A DNA stretch of 64,000 nt from Octopus vulgaris (GCA_951406725.2 OX597832.1:32550001-32614000), one strand, 5' to 3'; shown: positions 27,573-43,507, counted from the stretch's first letter. A program made the numbers and translations. The notes: generated by a model from the sequence alone, not told the origin.

Positions 27573-30058
27573 TAAGTGTAAATGTGTGTGTGCGAATGTG
27601 TACGTCATTCCTTTACAAAATCGATCTGTCGCTGGGTTCGTAAAGTCGTCTCAACTACGAAATGAAACGGAATACTATGCTCATTCATACATTTCGGTAC
27701 ACACTCAATCAATTTTATTATCGATTAGTCATCTTCAATAAATACGGAGAGTCAGGTTATCTTGGTTAAAAAACAATTGAAAACTTTCTAAACAGATATT
27801 TAGGAATTATAAATGTCTAAGAGAAATATTCACATTGAGAAACAAAAGCCAAAACCATGAATATCAATACTAAAATCTTTTTTTTTTTTTTTTGTTATTT
27901 CTTGTATGGTGAACAACTCTGACTTATACTCTACCTTATTTGGACCCCATCAGTGATTTTAACTTACTTGCTAAAGCTAGAAATGTTCCTCTATAAGGCC
28001 CGATGCTAAAGGTTTCAAAGGGACGTTATTAGTCGTATCTGTTATCCTTGGTATATCAACGGTACTTCTTTGTATCAAGCCCCGAAATAATGAAAGTATT
28101 TACAGAAAAGTAAATGGAATTTAACAAGGTATTTTTCTGATAAGCTCTTGTTTCTGCTAAACCACTGATCTCCTACCGAAGTAATTATGAAATAACTGGT
28201 AATTATAAATTTAATGTATAATATTTTACATAGGTTGGCAAAGGTTTACTGAGATTTGCCAGAGACTATAGCAAGAAGTAGGCAGAAAAAAAAGAGTGGA
28301 GGAATATGCGGGAGGTTATCAACTTGCGAGTAGAATTATGAGGTTGATCTCACCAGGATCTGAACTCTGGGACTACGGAGCCAGAACCTATATAACATTA
28401 CATCATAACTGACGCACTATCCATGGCTCTCGACCATCTCACCACTACATTGGAGATCTATAAATTGCAATAAAGGCGGGGTGGTCATAATGTGAATGGC
28501 TTTGATCATAGGTATTCTCCATCAAAAGTTATTGTAATAGGGATGACATTTCTTTGATGATATTCGCTACTTAACCTATATGCAAATACAATTATTTGTA
28601 AATCCTGTCAACCTAACATGCGTCAGATGCAGAATAAATCGTCCGCCATAGGAGGATGCTTCCGGGAAGAGAAGAAATTCATTTTTCTTTTTATTATAAG
28701 TATAATGATTATTTTCATACGCACACCTGTGCATCTACACGCATACATGAACTCGTAGATACGCAGGTGTACACAATACTTTACGCCTATTTGCACATAG
28801 GCATACGCACACGCATATACGATACAGACACATATACACATAAGTATACTGAGACACATGTATATGAAGACACATTTGAGCACAAAGATGCACATTCACG
28901 CCACTTCCATACAAGCATAGAAAGCTACGCATACATACACATATGTACACAAAGACATGCATACATACACTTATGAACAGAAATAACATGCATACATACG
29001 CACACTTACTCGCATAATCACAGACATGCACAGATACATGCACACACATACACACACGCACACACACATACACGCACACATGCATAATTAACATTTAAGC
29101 TAGCTGATTCCTCTCTAAAATAATAGCCGAGAAATTAATGAGTTGTAATCTTTAGTTAACTAGATCTCTAATTAATTAATCTAAAAGCAACATTTAAGAA
29201 TATTGAAAATTGAAATTGCAGTTGCAAGTATTTTCAAAGATATTCATCAAAATACACGTTAATTGAATTGGCGCCGTGGATATGGTCACGTGGTTGAGAA
29301 ATTATCTCAGCAGGAATAAAGTACCAGGTTCAATCTCAATGCGTGAAATCTTAATTACGTTCCCTTAAACGTTATAGATGGAAACTATGTAGATGTCCGC
29401 TTGATGGCTCGGGAGGGCCACTGCCTTGCGATAAATACAATTGTGATACCTGGTATCATTATGTTTTCATTAAACCCTACAAACGGAAACTTTATGGAAG
29501 CTTGTTTGGATATATGTGTAATTCAAATGTACACGTTGGCCGGATATGTCGAGCTTATTCTGTTTCAGAATTACATTATAGCCATAACAGTGTGCGGAAT
29601 ACTCAACCGTTAGTAAAACCCATTATGGAGAAGGTAGTCGTTCTGGTCGAACAACCGAATGTGCGACGATCAAAAAGACAGAAGATCCACACTCGTCGTT
29701 CGGATTACTCAGTGCATAGTTAGAACAGCTTTGATTGATAAATATTAATAAAACTGTTGTGACCCCTGATTTCTGCGGCTAGACTACAGTGCCCAGTGTT
29801 GTTCTAACTTTTTGAATTTGTAGGAATATCGGTTGTAGATAGATTATACGAGTTCATATTTTTATTTTTTTACACATCCCAGGTAATGGATTGCGCCCAC
29901 AACAGAGAACTGGATTGGAGTGCTTAGCTGACCAAATCGTTTCCAAGGAAATATTATTTAAGTCTGGACAATTTCTAATTTCTTATTTTAAACTTAAGTT
30001 ACAGGAACATAAATTAACCGACGGTTATCAAGGACTTTGTTGCCAAAGAAATCAAGCA

Positions 30059-30115
<57 letters not shown>

Positions 30116-30973
30116 CATACATATAAATACATTTAATAGCTTCCATAGAGTCCTTGTCTCCGAAATTTTTTGACGAGGCCTCAGTCGGCTCACGGCGGTA
30201 GTGAAAGCCATTTGCCGAATGTATTGCGTAGTGAAACTGAAGCCAGACGCACACAGATGAGAAGCAAATTTCTTAGACATTTCTAGCAGCGTTTGAACGC
30301 TCAGATAACAGTTAATTTGTGGTTACAAAGCGTATAGACTATTTTCAGCAGGCTTAGAGCTAAAGTCAGTTTTAGTTCACCGCATGAGAGTAAAAAAAAT
30401 GTAGACACTAGTAGCAGCTTAAGCCACTGAGTAGGATCTCTGTCATTTGGTTAATGTAGCATGACTGTACAAACAATGGGCGGATTGCCTTTAACTTGCG
30501 ATGGTAATGTAATATTCATATTCACCACGTGATTAATTACAAGGCGTTCGATTTTGAAGTCTCATACTGCGATGCAGATGATTATTTTTCTATTTTGCGG
30601 GTTGGGGTGTCGTTCACGTCCGGTAACTTTCGAGAAGGGGGTGAGAAAGAGATATAGAGAATAAGAGTGAGCGTAAAGAGATAAAGGTACAAAAATAAGG
30701 AGAGAAAACTATTAAAATTATGTGAATGAATATTGCTGGTTTTGTTGTCATTTTCTGGACAAGTCTTTTAAACAAACTTTCCAACGGAGGCCATCTCGTC
30801 TGATATGAAATTATACACAAAGCCTGGAAAGTATGGGTCACATTTGAAGACAGACTCAACTTGGATAAGATGTAGCCGTTATGCCTCATACGCCGGACCA
30901 CCACATTGATATAGTGTTGACTATTATTTCTAGCGATGCTGTGAACTATCTTGTACCCTGGTTATACTGGTTA

Positions 30974-31015
<42 letters not shown>

Positions 31016-31428
31016 TGAAGGTTGGAAAGGAACATATGAGTTGATATGTACAAGGCAAATATTTGATATTCTTTTAGGACTGCTACTACCTGCTTCCAAG
31101 CCATCACAAGAGTAAAAACAAGAGACAGACAGAAAAGTAGAAAAATGTCCCTTGTAATTGAAAACAATGCAAATATTTTTTAAAAAGTTTCATTTAATTT
31201 TTCCACAATTTAATTGTTTTTCATGCTCTACTCAAAGGTAAAATAGTCGGAAAGACTGAAACCGCTACTAAAATGTTTTTCATGGTAAAATTATTTTAGA
31301 ACTTTTACTTTTTTAGGATTTCTGTCTTATTTTCCTTATATATATATATGTGTGTGTGTGTGTGTATGAATATATATATATGTATATATCTAAATGTATG
31401 TATATATGTAAATGTATGTATATATGTA

Positions 31429-31530
<102 letters not shown>

Positions 31531-32089
31531 AAAAGACAGGTAGATAGATAAATACCTAAAAATATCCATGGATATATTCATACATCCATGCTTACCTAAG
31601 GATCGTGAAAATTTAGCGTCCCTGTATATATTTTCTAATTATTCTCTGTATGCTCAATCGTAGTTTGTTTTTCTTTTTTATCCAACTGTTACTTTATACG
31701 AATCTTTTAGAGATTAACCCCATCGTTGAACAAAAGTGAATTTTTCTTTCCTTCAAAATGCCTACTCTCTAATAATGGATCCAACCTTAGAAATGCTTAC
31801 AACTGTAGATATAGAAAGCATTTATTTGTATTTATTGTTTGCATTAAATAAGTATCATATTACTTAACTCATCTGCAAACTCTGCGAATATAGAATAAAT
31901 AAACGGTTAAAAATCTCCTAAGTCTTCTGGAATTGTTGGCTTTCTTCCAAATAATTCCTGTGTATATCCCACTGAATAAATAAATTAACTAAATGTGCTT
32001 AACTCTTCTTAAATTTAAATTTGGTCTCTGAAGACCCTGCGAAATACACCGCCAATGTAATAGGAATTGGAATACGAAAACGTTGGTAG

Positions 32090-32430
32090 CTTTGTTTTGC
32101 TCATCGGACCGCGGCCATGCTGCAGCAACCCTTTGAAATGTTACAACAAACAAATCGAGACCAATATCTATTTTAAAGTCTAGTCCTTTTTGTTGAATCG
32201 CTAGTTCATGAGGACGTAAATAACCGCATGCCGATTGTGAAGCGGTGTGTGTGTGGGGGGGTGACCAGCACAAATACAGGAAAGCACTCCCAAATAAATA
32301 CATATATATGCATGTATGTATGTACGTATTAATGTATGCATGTATGCATGAATAGGTATAGGAGTGATTTTACACAGTTTCCGTCAACCAAATTGAATCG
32401 CAGTGAGGTGCTGTGCAGTGGGACGGAACG
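32090..32430 (-). mobile_element. SINE family A, degenerate copy
   Basis: GCGGCCATGCTG tail motif at about 32111, body homologous to 7900-8060, head remnant at 32375-32430. Further tail fragments at 35670-35790(+) and 46975-47070(-). Confidence 0.6.
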
Positions 32431-33877
32431 GCAAATCAGAGAGCCAGACCAATATCTATATTCTCAATAATAATTGTTTTCTAAAATTTCTTCCAATAAT
32501 AATAATGCATATGACCTGAGATGCTTGCCTTACCTTAACGTTTGTTGCCCTCTTTAACAATTACTTATTCCATCTATGTATATAACAGAACACTATAAAT
32601 ATGTACCAAGAAAACTACACGTTATATTCTGTTGCCAGAGAATATTGGCCAAATAAAATTTTTTACAAAAAATGTTAAATTTCTCAACTTATGAGCTCGA
32701 TGTTTAAGCGATGTGAACTGGGGGAAATAGAATCTCCGTTGGCAACTTTTGAAATAGTAAGCTTAAATATGACAGTGTTGAAGATTTAACAAATACCTGA
32801 ACAATTCTGCAAATATCCGTGAGAAAGTAGAAGGCATTTGATTGCATAATCCCGAAACCATATTCTAGTACACGTTTAATAAAGACCGAAGTTGATGAAA
32901 CGAAGAGACAGAGATTTTCTATAATGTAAGTGGTTGCTCAACCAGATACACATAGCAGCATTATTTCCTTCAAATAGAGAAATACAAGTACTCAACGGTT
33001 AACGCAGTTTTTACTACACAATTCCTTGCAAAAATCAGATGGTCACACATGAATTGTTTTTGATGATAGTTCTGTTGAAGAAGGGCTAATCTTGAGCTAA
33101 GATGTATCTGGAACACATTGATGCTTGAAAAAAGATCACGGTTAAGTCGGGCCTTTAACGATACAAAAGATTTTCGCATTACACAATACAGCAGTATTTC
33201 ACCAGCTCTGCAATGGCAGATGTTGGCCAAGTTTGTAATAATATTATTTTACACACAACATCAGTGACTGATATAAATCCTTAAACAGAGAAATCTTGGA
33301 ATTCTCAAGAGGACAAAAAGAAAATCTCAGAAAAGTACGATTGCTTTCAAATTCCTAAGTATTTTAAGATAAGAGAGCATTTTAAATCTCTCACATAAAC
33401 CAAAATATTTAATCTATTCATTACTTATCTTTTCCACTACAAAACTCATTTGTAAACTCACATAAGCGAAAAATAAAACAACTTGTAAGTCTCATGATCA
33501 TAGTTAATAGTCTTCCCTCCTTTCCAGTATGTTAAGTGTTTATTCAGTTCAAAATGATAATAAAAATAAATCTTTGTAAATCTTCTTAAATTTAAATATC
33601 GAATGTGAATCATTCAAGTCTTCACTTATTGTTAAATGCATTGCGACAAAAGTGTTTGTTTATGATTGTCAAAATTTTAATACGAAGGTGGAGAATGGTA
33701 AGTTTAAATGTCTTGTAAGGTTGAACGATGATGATGCTTGCGAAGAGAGGAGAATGTTCGAGACGAAGAAGAAGAAATCGTTGCAGAACGACCAAGTAAT
33801 GATCAGACATTTTATAGAAATGTATGTGAAGAGATGCATTGTTTTCTGCGCTAACACATTCATACACACACACATGT

Positions 33878-34004
33878 AGATAGATAGATAGATGAATTAG
33901 ATAGATAGAATGATAGATAGAGAGATAGATCGATCGATTGATAGATTGATAGACAGACAGATAGACAGATAGAGAGATATATTGATAGATAGATCGATAG
34001 ATAG

Positions 34005-34079
<75 letters not shown>

Positions 34080-34178
34080 TTAGATAGATAGTTGGATGGA
34101 TAGATATAGATGACTAGATAGATGGCTGGATATATAGATAGCTAGATAGATCGAGAGAGATACAGAGATAGATAGATG

Positions 34179-34233
<55 letters not shown>

Positions 34234-34430
34234 ATTGATAGAAAGATAGAAAGATAGATGGATGGATAGATAGATGGATAGATAGATAGATGGATAGACA
34301 GATAGATATATAGATAGATAGATGGAGAATGAGAGAGAGAGAGAGAGAGAGAGAGGTAAATAGAGAGATAGGTATGTAAATATGTAGGTAGATGGATGGA
34401 TGAATGGATGGATGAATGGCTGGATATGGA
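33878..34430. repeat. Degenerate (GATA)/(GA)/(TA)/(GATG) field
   Basis: Direct inspection. Confidence 0.92.
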
Positions 34431-34675
34431 TATCGATGTATATGAATGTATATATGAATACATGTATTTGCACAGGCACGTGTCTATAAGTTGTATGCTG
34501 TTAATGATTTTGTAAATGCAGCATGTGCGTTCGAATCGAATAATTCTATGACGAATGTTCCAAGTTACATTCGACCGTATTCCTTGTAAAAGATAAGCAA
34601 ACTAAAGACCGTTGAGAAATTCTTCAGTTCGATTCACACACACACGCGCATGCACACATTCATGGACATGTACAA

Positions 34676-34766
<91 letters not shown>

Positions 34767-34997
34767 AATGCATATATATGTATACACAGGCATATATATA
34801 TGTTTATATAGATGCACATATATACACACACATGAATAAACATACATAAATATATGTGTTTATATATACATATATAAGAAATGATAGAGACGTAAACGAG
34901 AACACGCGTTAAGCCGTAAGGCTTAAACACAATGTCACTAACAATATGCTGTATTAAAAACGAGCGAAACAGAATTTATTTAACGCGATACCCCTAA

Positions 34998-35096
34998 CAC
35001 CTGAGGAGATGCGTCTGCACCGAAGGATCCACCACAACCAGTTGTACAAAATTCCTACCTTCGAGGGGTCGATGCCAGATGCGTCGAAACGATCGT
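34998..35096 (+). ncRNA. Hammerhead-like motif with long extended stem II (Penelope-like repeat, about 34955-35240)
   Basis: CAC-CUGAGGA-GAUGCGUCUG...CAGAUGCGUC-GAAA-CG-AUC-GUG. 10-bp stem II with two G-U pairs and an inner CGAAGG/CCUUCG stem. AATAAA follows at 35104. Confidence 0.6.
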
Positions 35097-36819
35097 GGTG
35101 AGCAATAAATTTTCTCGTATGGTCCATTTTTCGTCTCAGACATTTGTTACGTACACAGCGTACACTGAATGTGTCCCGAGGTAGATCCAGCAAACATTGT
35201 GTAAATCCCGTGGATGACGTTAGGGAATCATTGGCAGTGAAAATGCTTCACCATCTTATTAGTAGCGCTCTCAAAGCTTATATGTATACTATCACTGCAC
35301 CCCGGCGTTGCCCAGGTGTTACGACCTACATCCATATTGAATTATTTGTTCCTTTCTTATGGGCAGAATCGGCACGTGAGGAGTAGGAAGCGAACAACTT
35401 TTCTTTATAATCATGTTTTTCGGTCATTTTCTCGTGAACAACGCTGCTGTCTCCGACTACTAAAGTCAGTCACAAGTCTGTGGTTGGCCTAGTGCTATAT
35501 AGTAGAAAACAATTGCCCGAGGTACCATGCGGGGGGACTGAATGTGGTACCACGTAGTTGGGAAGCAAAGTTCTAAACCACACAGTCATCCTTGCACGCA
35601 ACATGTGTGTGTTTACATTTGTTGTTAAACCGACTATTGTGTCCCGCTATCTCCCAAAGTTAGCAGTTCATCAAGCAGAGATCTATAAAATGAGTGCCAG
35701 ATTGAAATACGTATTGAGGTCAGTACGATCAATTAAATTTTTGAAGTTGAGACCCCATCATGGCGACAGTCGAAAGACTAAACGCAGTAAAATAATGTTT
35801 TAAAAATTAATGGCTCATAATGAGTTCCAAAACTTCGTATAGAAGTTCCACTCTATAAGAATTTACCATATGTACATCTCAGTCTACTTGATTTCCAACA
35901 ATTAACAATTGTAATTTGAAGTTGAATGGTTAGCAGTAAGAAAGATATCCGAATCTCTTAAAATGTTATTGTGCGAAATATTCTTAGAAAATCTATTTTT
36001 TCACCACCACCACCACCACATCAACAACACACAGACGCACACACACACACACTCACACGCGCAGATGCCTCTGTTGTAATTTGAGCTACTACAAATAGCA
36101 ACCAAATCTCTCTTAAAACACACCCTTTCATTTAAAGAAAGACACAGATTTACAGTATTTCAGGAAGAAAAAATAACTATGCAATTGATCTGTCACAACA
36201 GAGGCATCTTAGGGTTAGTCAAAACACAGACTTCACGTTAAAAGATAATCTATTAAATGATACTGATAAACTCAACTGTACATCTTCGCCGTTTCATTCT
36301 CTGCATTTTAAACAATTCCTCATTATATCCTAAGACATGGACTGTTCATGCAGAGTTGCCTCCTTTAGCTAAAGGCCTCGGAATTGTGAGACCCAACCTT
36401 ATTTTCGAGGTTGTTTTAGTAATAAAAAGAGTTGTGCAAAAAGCATACTTTATTTGGCAGCCGAATGAATATGTCAAAATCGGCAACACAGTTTTTGAAT
36501 CTATAACGAGTACACTCGCGCGCGCACACGCACACATAAACACACAAACACACACACTCTATCTCTCTCACACACATACACACAGGCGGTGTTTTATATA
36601 TTAAGATACATACATATCTAAAATGCAGTAGATTAAGGCTTTATATAGTGTGCTTTTCGTGTGGGCGGGGTTGCAATTGTCTGATTGAGTACGTTGTACA
36701 TGTATGACAACGATGTTTCGTAGTGTGTATTACAGAAGACTGAGAATACTGAAGAAAGGATATACTTATGCCTAATACATACCTAACTACATACATATAT
36801 ATGTGTATATATAATTTTT

Positions 36820-36858
<39 letters not shown>

Positions 36859-37955
36859 TTCAAATTTATAGAAAGCATAGGACAAAGTCAAGTAAGGGAA
36901 TAACAGGCATGTGTATAGTTTGACGCTGAAGAAGTATGAACAATTCTTTGACCTTTCGACCCGACGCACTTCGACAAAAAGAGTGGAGAGGGAAAATGGG
37001 GAAAGAACGAAAAAATCGGGGAGAGGAAATACATGTATGGTTTAACGTTTCAACATGATGAAATGACCGGATGAGTGACGGGGAGATAATAACCGTGGCT
37101 GGTCTGGTCTAGCGAGCTTAAGCGCATGTAAGATTGGTGAGTGTGTGTGTGTGTGTGTGTGTTTATGCGTGAAAGGTGACGTGTGCATGCTATTGTATGT
37201 GTGGACGAGGTTAAAATTATGTCGGCTTGTATGCGCATGTATATAAGTAATCCAGTGCATGCATTGTATAGAGCGATGTGCTCGAGTGTGTGTGTATATA
37301 TTTTGTGTATTAATGGAGGATCTACTCATTGGCAATGGTAATTGTAGCAGACATATCACCAACGTGAATCATCGTGACACAAAATTATAATAGTCAGTGA
37401 TATATCTATCATGAGTTATGCTCTCTTCTCTACGAAGTTATCAGAGTGTTTTTATTGTTGAAACGCATCATTATTTCAATGTTGAATATACGATCTCAGA
37501 GCGACCATTTTAAAACTAAACATGACTACGCATTATGTATGTAAATGATACAGTAATATTTTCCTAAAGGCACCTTAAGTGGAGCGATATAGATTTTAGA
37601 TTTTTTTTCTTTTTTTAGGCAAAACAATTTAATTTTATGATCACAATCATTTGGACGTACTTACTTTGAAATAAAACAATTTTGTAACTAAAGAATTGAA
37701 AAAAAAAAAGAAAAATCAAAACAGACATATAAGATAAAATAAAAGGTAAAAATAAATAAACGATCGCTAAAAAACCGAGATCAGAAAACAAAGAAAGAAA
37801 CAACAAAAGAGAAACTAAATAATAATCGAAATTACATTTATTTGGGTTATCTGTGGCAAGTTTAGCTCTCTTTTCTTGTCAGAGCCTCATGTGATTAATA
37901 AAGGCAGTCAAAGAAGAAAAGAAAGGAAAAAAATAAGTGGAAAACGACGAAAAAT

Positions 37956-38005
<50 letters not shown>

Positions 38006-38129
38006 TAATAATAAAATGGAGGAATTAGTAGCACAAAGGCAAAAAAAGGAAAACGCAAAAAATATCAAAAACAAAATAGAAATTTACAATTGCTTTCTTT
38101 GAGGAAGCATTTTGGAAAAGTTCCAGAGC

Positions 38130-38184
<55 letters not shown>

Positions 38185-38380
38185 CGTGCCTACACACACA
38201 CACACACCAACACACACACATACACACACATACACACACACATATATATACACGCACTTATATATTTAGCTATTTACGTATACATATATGTATGTCTATG
38301 TTTATACACTTCTGTACATTTACATAAAAATGTGTATATATATACTTATATATCTATATATATGTCTATACATATATATG

Positions 38381-38422
<42 letters not shown>

Positions 38423-38484
38423 AATACACACGCACACACGCATATAGACATAAACACAAATGATATGCATCTCTCTCTCTTTAT

Positions 38485-38556
<72 letters not shown>

Positions 38557-39518
38557 TTATGCGCACGTGTGTATTGATTTTCACACGGAACTCTCACGTC
38601 GGCGATAATACAAACTTGGATATATAGATTTCTTACCATAGGGATATCCACTATATCTAACATTGATATTCTATAAGAGGACGATCCATAGTGTTAATAA
38701 GAAAATATAGATTAGAATTTTGCATGTTTTCAAAATGTGCTGCTTGTTTCAGTAGAGAAGCTGAACTGGTGTCGAGAGGCTTGTAACATGGCCGTTGCGG
38801 TTCTTAAGAGGTGTCAAACAGCAGTTGTAAGTTCGCCAAATCCCCGTTGTATTTCTCCAAACATTTTATCTTCGATGACTTTCTATTAGCACGAAACATT
38901 TATGACCACTCTCCGCTCCTCTCTATCCCTCCTTTCGGCTGTATATCATATACTTATTTTTATACATTATATTTATATATATATATACCTTCACGAAGAG
39001 GGAGAATGAGAGCGAAAGGAAAAATGGAAGAGAGAAAGCTACCTATGTGCATATATATAATGTAGATAATATAGATAATATATATAAGCGTATATACATA
39101 TATGTACATACATATATATGTATATACATATGAGTATATGGGTAGAGGATGTCATAAAACGTAAACGACATGAAAACATGGAATACGAACCTTTTTTGCG
39201 AACAGCGAAAGAAACAAATGGAAAAAATGATAATTAATATAACGACCGACCCTTCGTCAGTTGTCGACTGTTTATCCAATCTATATTTCGAGCAATTACG
39301 AACAAGAGGTATCTTCGAGAAAACAGTTCCTCTCGCAAAGCAAGATAAAATTTGGGATTTGCGAGGGTCAAAGTTGGTAACAAAACCAGGACAGTGAAAA
39401 CAAACAGTAAGGGCTGCTAAACATAACGAGGTGAAGTGGCGAACGCTCAATCATATAATAATATAAATAACACACATATATATATATTTGCATATAGACA
39501 TATGTATACGTACATAAT

Positions 39519-39560
<42 letters not shown>

Positions 39561-39562
39561 CA

Positions 39563-39602
<40 letters not shown>

Positions 39603-39606
<4 letters not shown>

Positions 39607-39694
39607 GGAGTGAGCACATAAATGTGAAACAAGGTGGAAAAAAGAGTACTCAAATACCACATGTAGAGTAATATGCTTTATTTAAAAGCAGCAG

Positions 39695-39697
<3 letters not shown>
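39603..39697. repeat. Dispersed repeat shared with 19862-19950
   Basis: Direct similarity to 19862-19950, flanked on both sides by (TA)n. Confidence 0.7.
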
Positions 39698-39731
<34 letters not shown>

Positions 39732-40423
39732 CATGTGCATACATATTTGACATATATTTTTACATGCGTAAATGAATCTGCCTATATATGTATAAGTACC
39801 TTTATGAGTATGCATTTATGTATCTCATTTTTCAGTATTTTTAGCGATTTGCTAATAGAGAAAGTGTAGGTTTCTAATCTAGATCAAACGCTACTTCATT
39901 GAAATTTCAACATCAACAACAGGGTATGTTTGTTTGTATGTATATATGCATGTATGTATGTGTGTGTGTGCGTGCTTGTATATGTACAGATTTGCATGTT
40001 TTGCTTTATGTATGTATTCTCGTGCATATAGTTACATATCTAGATATATTCATATAAATTTAAATGATAAACATTTGGTTACCAGAAATTTTACAGAAGT
40101 TTTTTTTCAGCCCCCAGCGATGGATTGGATCTGTCGTCTTCGAATGAGCTTTCTCTTTTCTGGCTTTGAGGAGCCTAATTTCTCAAGATTTTTACTTAGG
40201 CAGTCTGTTACACATCATATATGTATATATGCATGTATATATGTATATATACATGCATGTGTTTATCTATATACGTTCCAAATTTACAAATAATAGCAAG
40301 AAAGCAGAGGACAGAAATACGTGAAAGAACAGCAAGGTATATTAGTTTGAAACATGGGAAAGTTCCTGCGCTCTTCGACAGAAACGAACGGAGAAATCAA
40401 GCGGGTTCAGAAAAACAACTTAC

Positions 40424-40494
40424 CTGGATTAACGGCATTACATGTCGAATTGAGTGAAAAGGTTTGGTTCAATGGGAAAGGGGTCAACAATAAC
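40424..40494 (-). CDS. Candidate internal exon (71 nt)
   Basis: Acceptor cttccatactttggccag| and consensus donor CAG|gtaagt. Open frame LLLTPFPLNQTFSLNSTCNAVNP(G) has two N-glycosylation sequons. Splice-signal evidence only. Confidence 0.2.
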
Positions 40495-40686
40495 CTGGCC
40501 AAAGTATGGAAGCACAAGGGAATGTGTTTATGTGAGGATAATGTGTGTCAGTGCGTATGTTTAAGGGCGACTGAGTGCGTAATCGAGTGTGGGTAAGCAT
40601 AACATTACGCGCTCATGTGCATATGTATATAAGTATGTGTGAGTGTGTGCTTTAGTAAACAAGTATCAATGCAGTATGACCGGTGT

Positions 40687-40730
<44 letters not shown>

Positions 40731-41339
40731 TGTGTTGGCCGTGTATTCATGACTGCGTTTGTGTTGACTTGTGTATATGTGTGGAAATGTTTAAGGCTGT
40801 GTAACGTATGTGTATGAGGATATCAGACGTGTGTGTGCATGTGTGTGTGTGTTGAAATGTATGTGAGTGGCAGCTAAGTTGTGCGTCTATTCCATATGCG
40901 AGGAGCGAATGTGCGTCTGTGCGTGCGCGTTTTCTTGAATGCACATCTGTGAGCGTTTCTGCATAACGTGTGTGTGTGTGTGTGTGACAATGTTGTGTGC
41001 GTGTGTATTATGTGTGTTTATGCTTCAATATTGTGTGTGTTTATGTGTGTGTGTATGTGTGTGAATGAGTGTTTGTGTCCGTGTTATCAATTGGTGCATG
41101 TGTGAGATGTGGGGGGTGCATGGGTGTGCGAGGTGAAATGGGGGTGGGGATGCCTGGAGGTCCGATGTGGAAAAGGAGTGATGGGAGTTAGGGGTTGCTA
41201 GGTGTTGGGAATTGGTGAGTCTGCGCTTGTGCATGCATGCATGTCTGAGTGTGAGGAGGTGTCTGTATATGCTGCATGGCATAATGTTTTCGCGTTGTGT
41301 GGGTTCTGAGTTTAACAGTGTAGATGATGTGTATGCGGG

Positions 41340-41545
41340 ATGGGTTACTCGACCAGAAGAAAATTCTAACTGGGCCCCACCTGCAGGGGTCATGTGCTCT
41401 TTATCTTGATATGAGATCACCATGTCGCGCACATATGGTTGTGATGCATGTGCCTGGTGTACCCTTATCAGACGGGTAGTCATGATTGGGCTTCGTATAT
41501 TTTACCCCAGTGTCACTTTGATGGCATGCTCTGCTCTCTCCCGCA
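41340..41545 (+). mobile_element. 3' end of a second TAA-tailed retroelement family (probable LINE 3' UTR)
   Basis: Homologous to the reverse complement of 10311-10440. Both copies end at the same point, followed by a long (TAA)n tail. No coding remnant seen, so the clade is inferred. Confidence 0.65.
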
Positions 41546-41557
41546 ATAATAATAATG

Positions 41558-41657
<100 letters not shown>

Positions 41658-41675
41658 TAATAATAATAATAATAA

Positions 41676-42116
41676 ATCGATATAAACGTATCTGTCAAGA
41701 CCTACCAAATACTGAGCAAATATAAAGATCTTGAAATAGAAATCAGCAAAATGTGGAACCTGAAAACTAAAACAATACCTGTTGTCATAGGTGCCCTGGG
41801 AATGATAGCGAAAGGGGTTGATTGCTACCTAACTCAGATACCAGGAAACCCAAAAATGGCAGAAATTCAAAAGATAGTGCTCATGGGAACTGCTCATATC
41901 CTACGCAAAATACTTTCTCAGGGTTTAAAGCAAACATAATTTTCGTTTTTCTTTGTTTTGTTTTTTTGACATTCACTGGTACAACACCAAAAAAACCCCA
42001 AATATATGGCACACTAGGCATAACAACATCATGAACTTCCAACCTGTTGTCTCTTGAGGTCTCTGGGTGAGACTTGGAGCCAACTTGTACAAATATAAAG
42101 CAAATGTCAAACATAG
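41676..42116 (+). mobile_element. 5'-truncated R4/Dong-like LINE (same family as 2383-4478, less diverged) inserted in a (TAA)n tract
   Basis: IDINVSVKTYQILSKYKDLEIEISKMWNLKTKTIPVVIGALGMIAKGVDCYLTQIPGNPKMAEIQKIVLMGTAHILRKILS is a typical RLE C-terminus. Long (TAA)n flanks both sides (41545-41675, 42117-42223). Confidence 0.9.
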
Positions 42117-42144
42117 AATAATAATAATAATAATAATAATAATG

Positions 42145-42224
<80 letters not shown>

Positions 42225-43456
42225 CCGTTCTACTGGGGGGCACAACGCCAAAAATTTGGATGGACGGGATAATCAGTTGCATCAAGTGATATGTTCGACT
42301 GGTATTCATTTTATCGACACCAAAAGACAAAGGGTGAATTGCACGAAATGTAAAGTCAGAACGTAAAGAGCTGCAAGAAACGCTGCTAGATTTTATACAA
42401 TGACATTGGAGGCTCAAAAACTTGCTGCAATGTAATATGATCTCATATATAGAGACATGCGAAAACGAGTCACCGTGCCACTGTGGCACCGGATTATATT
42501 CTTCGGAATCATTTTAAGCTTGAATTTTCTCCCTCTTTATATAGTTCCCCAATAAATCATCGATTGTTTCCTTTCAATTATATCTGTATTTAACGAAAAT
42601 CGATTCATCTGCCGAAGGGCGGAAAAGTAAGAATAATTCGTGTTTTATTAAACAATCTTCCATTAAAGTCCCGTGCCTGAATGACTATAATTCTCCATAT
42701 ATACACTCACGTTTGTTTACAGCAATTATGTTTTCCCTCTTACATATTTAAATAACAACTCATCCCTAATTTGAAGATTATTTATGAATTGAAAAACTAT
42801 TTTACATACAAGTAAGTTAATAGTTGTCATTTGTTAATACGTTTCTTTTTGTTTTATTATGTTTTTTTTTTTGGCACTTGGCTGTCTTTAAAAGCTAATG
42901 ATTTTCTTGGACACTGCTGCATCACTACATACGTGCACATTTGAATATTCCAAATGTCTATTCTATTGCCAAGTCAATTAATACATCATTTATAATGCAT
43001 CTCATCATTTTCATCGATTATTCTTAAGCGCTATTGAGTTTGGTCTAGTTGAATAATTGCCTAGATGTACTGCCAGTTAAACTAGCTGAAACAACTAACA
43101 ACAAAAAAACATCTATAAAAAAAAATTACATACAAATATGTGTGTATATTCGTGTGTGTCTTTGTGCGTATGGGTAAATACACATATAAAATACATACGT
43201 ATACGTACATATATACATACATATATATATGCATGTATATACATATACATATATATGTAGACATAAAATTACTTACATATGCATATATATGTGTGAGTGT
43301 TTGCGTGTGAATGAGTGTGTATATGTTTAAATATGTAGCAACAATACGCAGGCAGTCGCATAGACACAATACACATATATAGACAAATATTCATATGTAT
43401 ATATGTGTGTTTATGTATATATATATAAATACATGCATATATATACATACATACAC

Positions 43457-43507
<51 letters not shown>

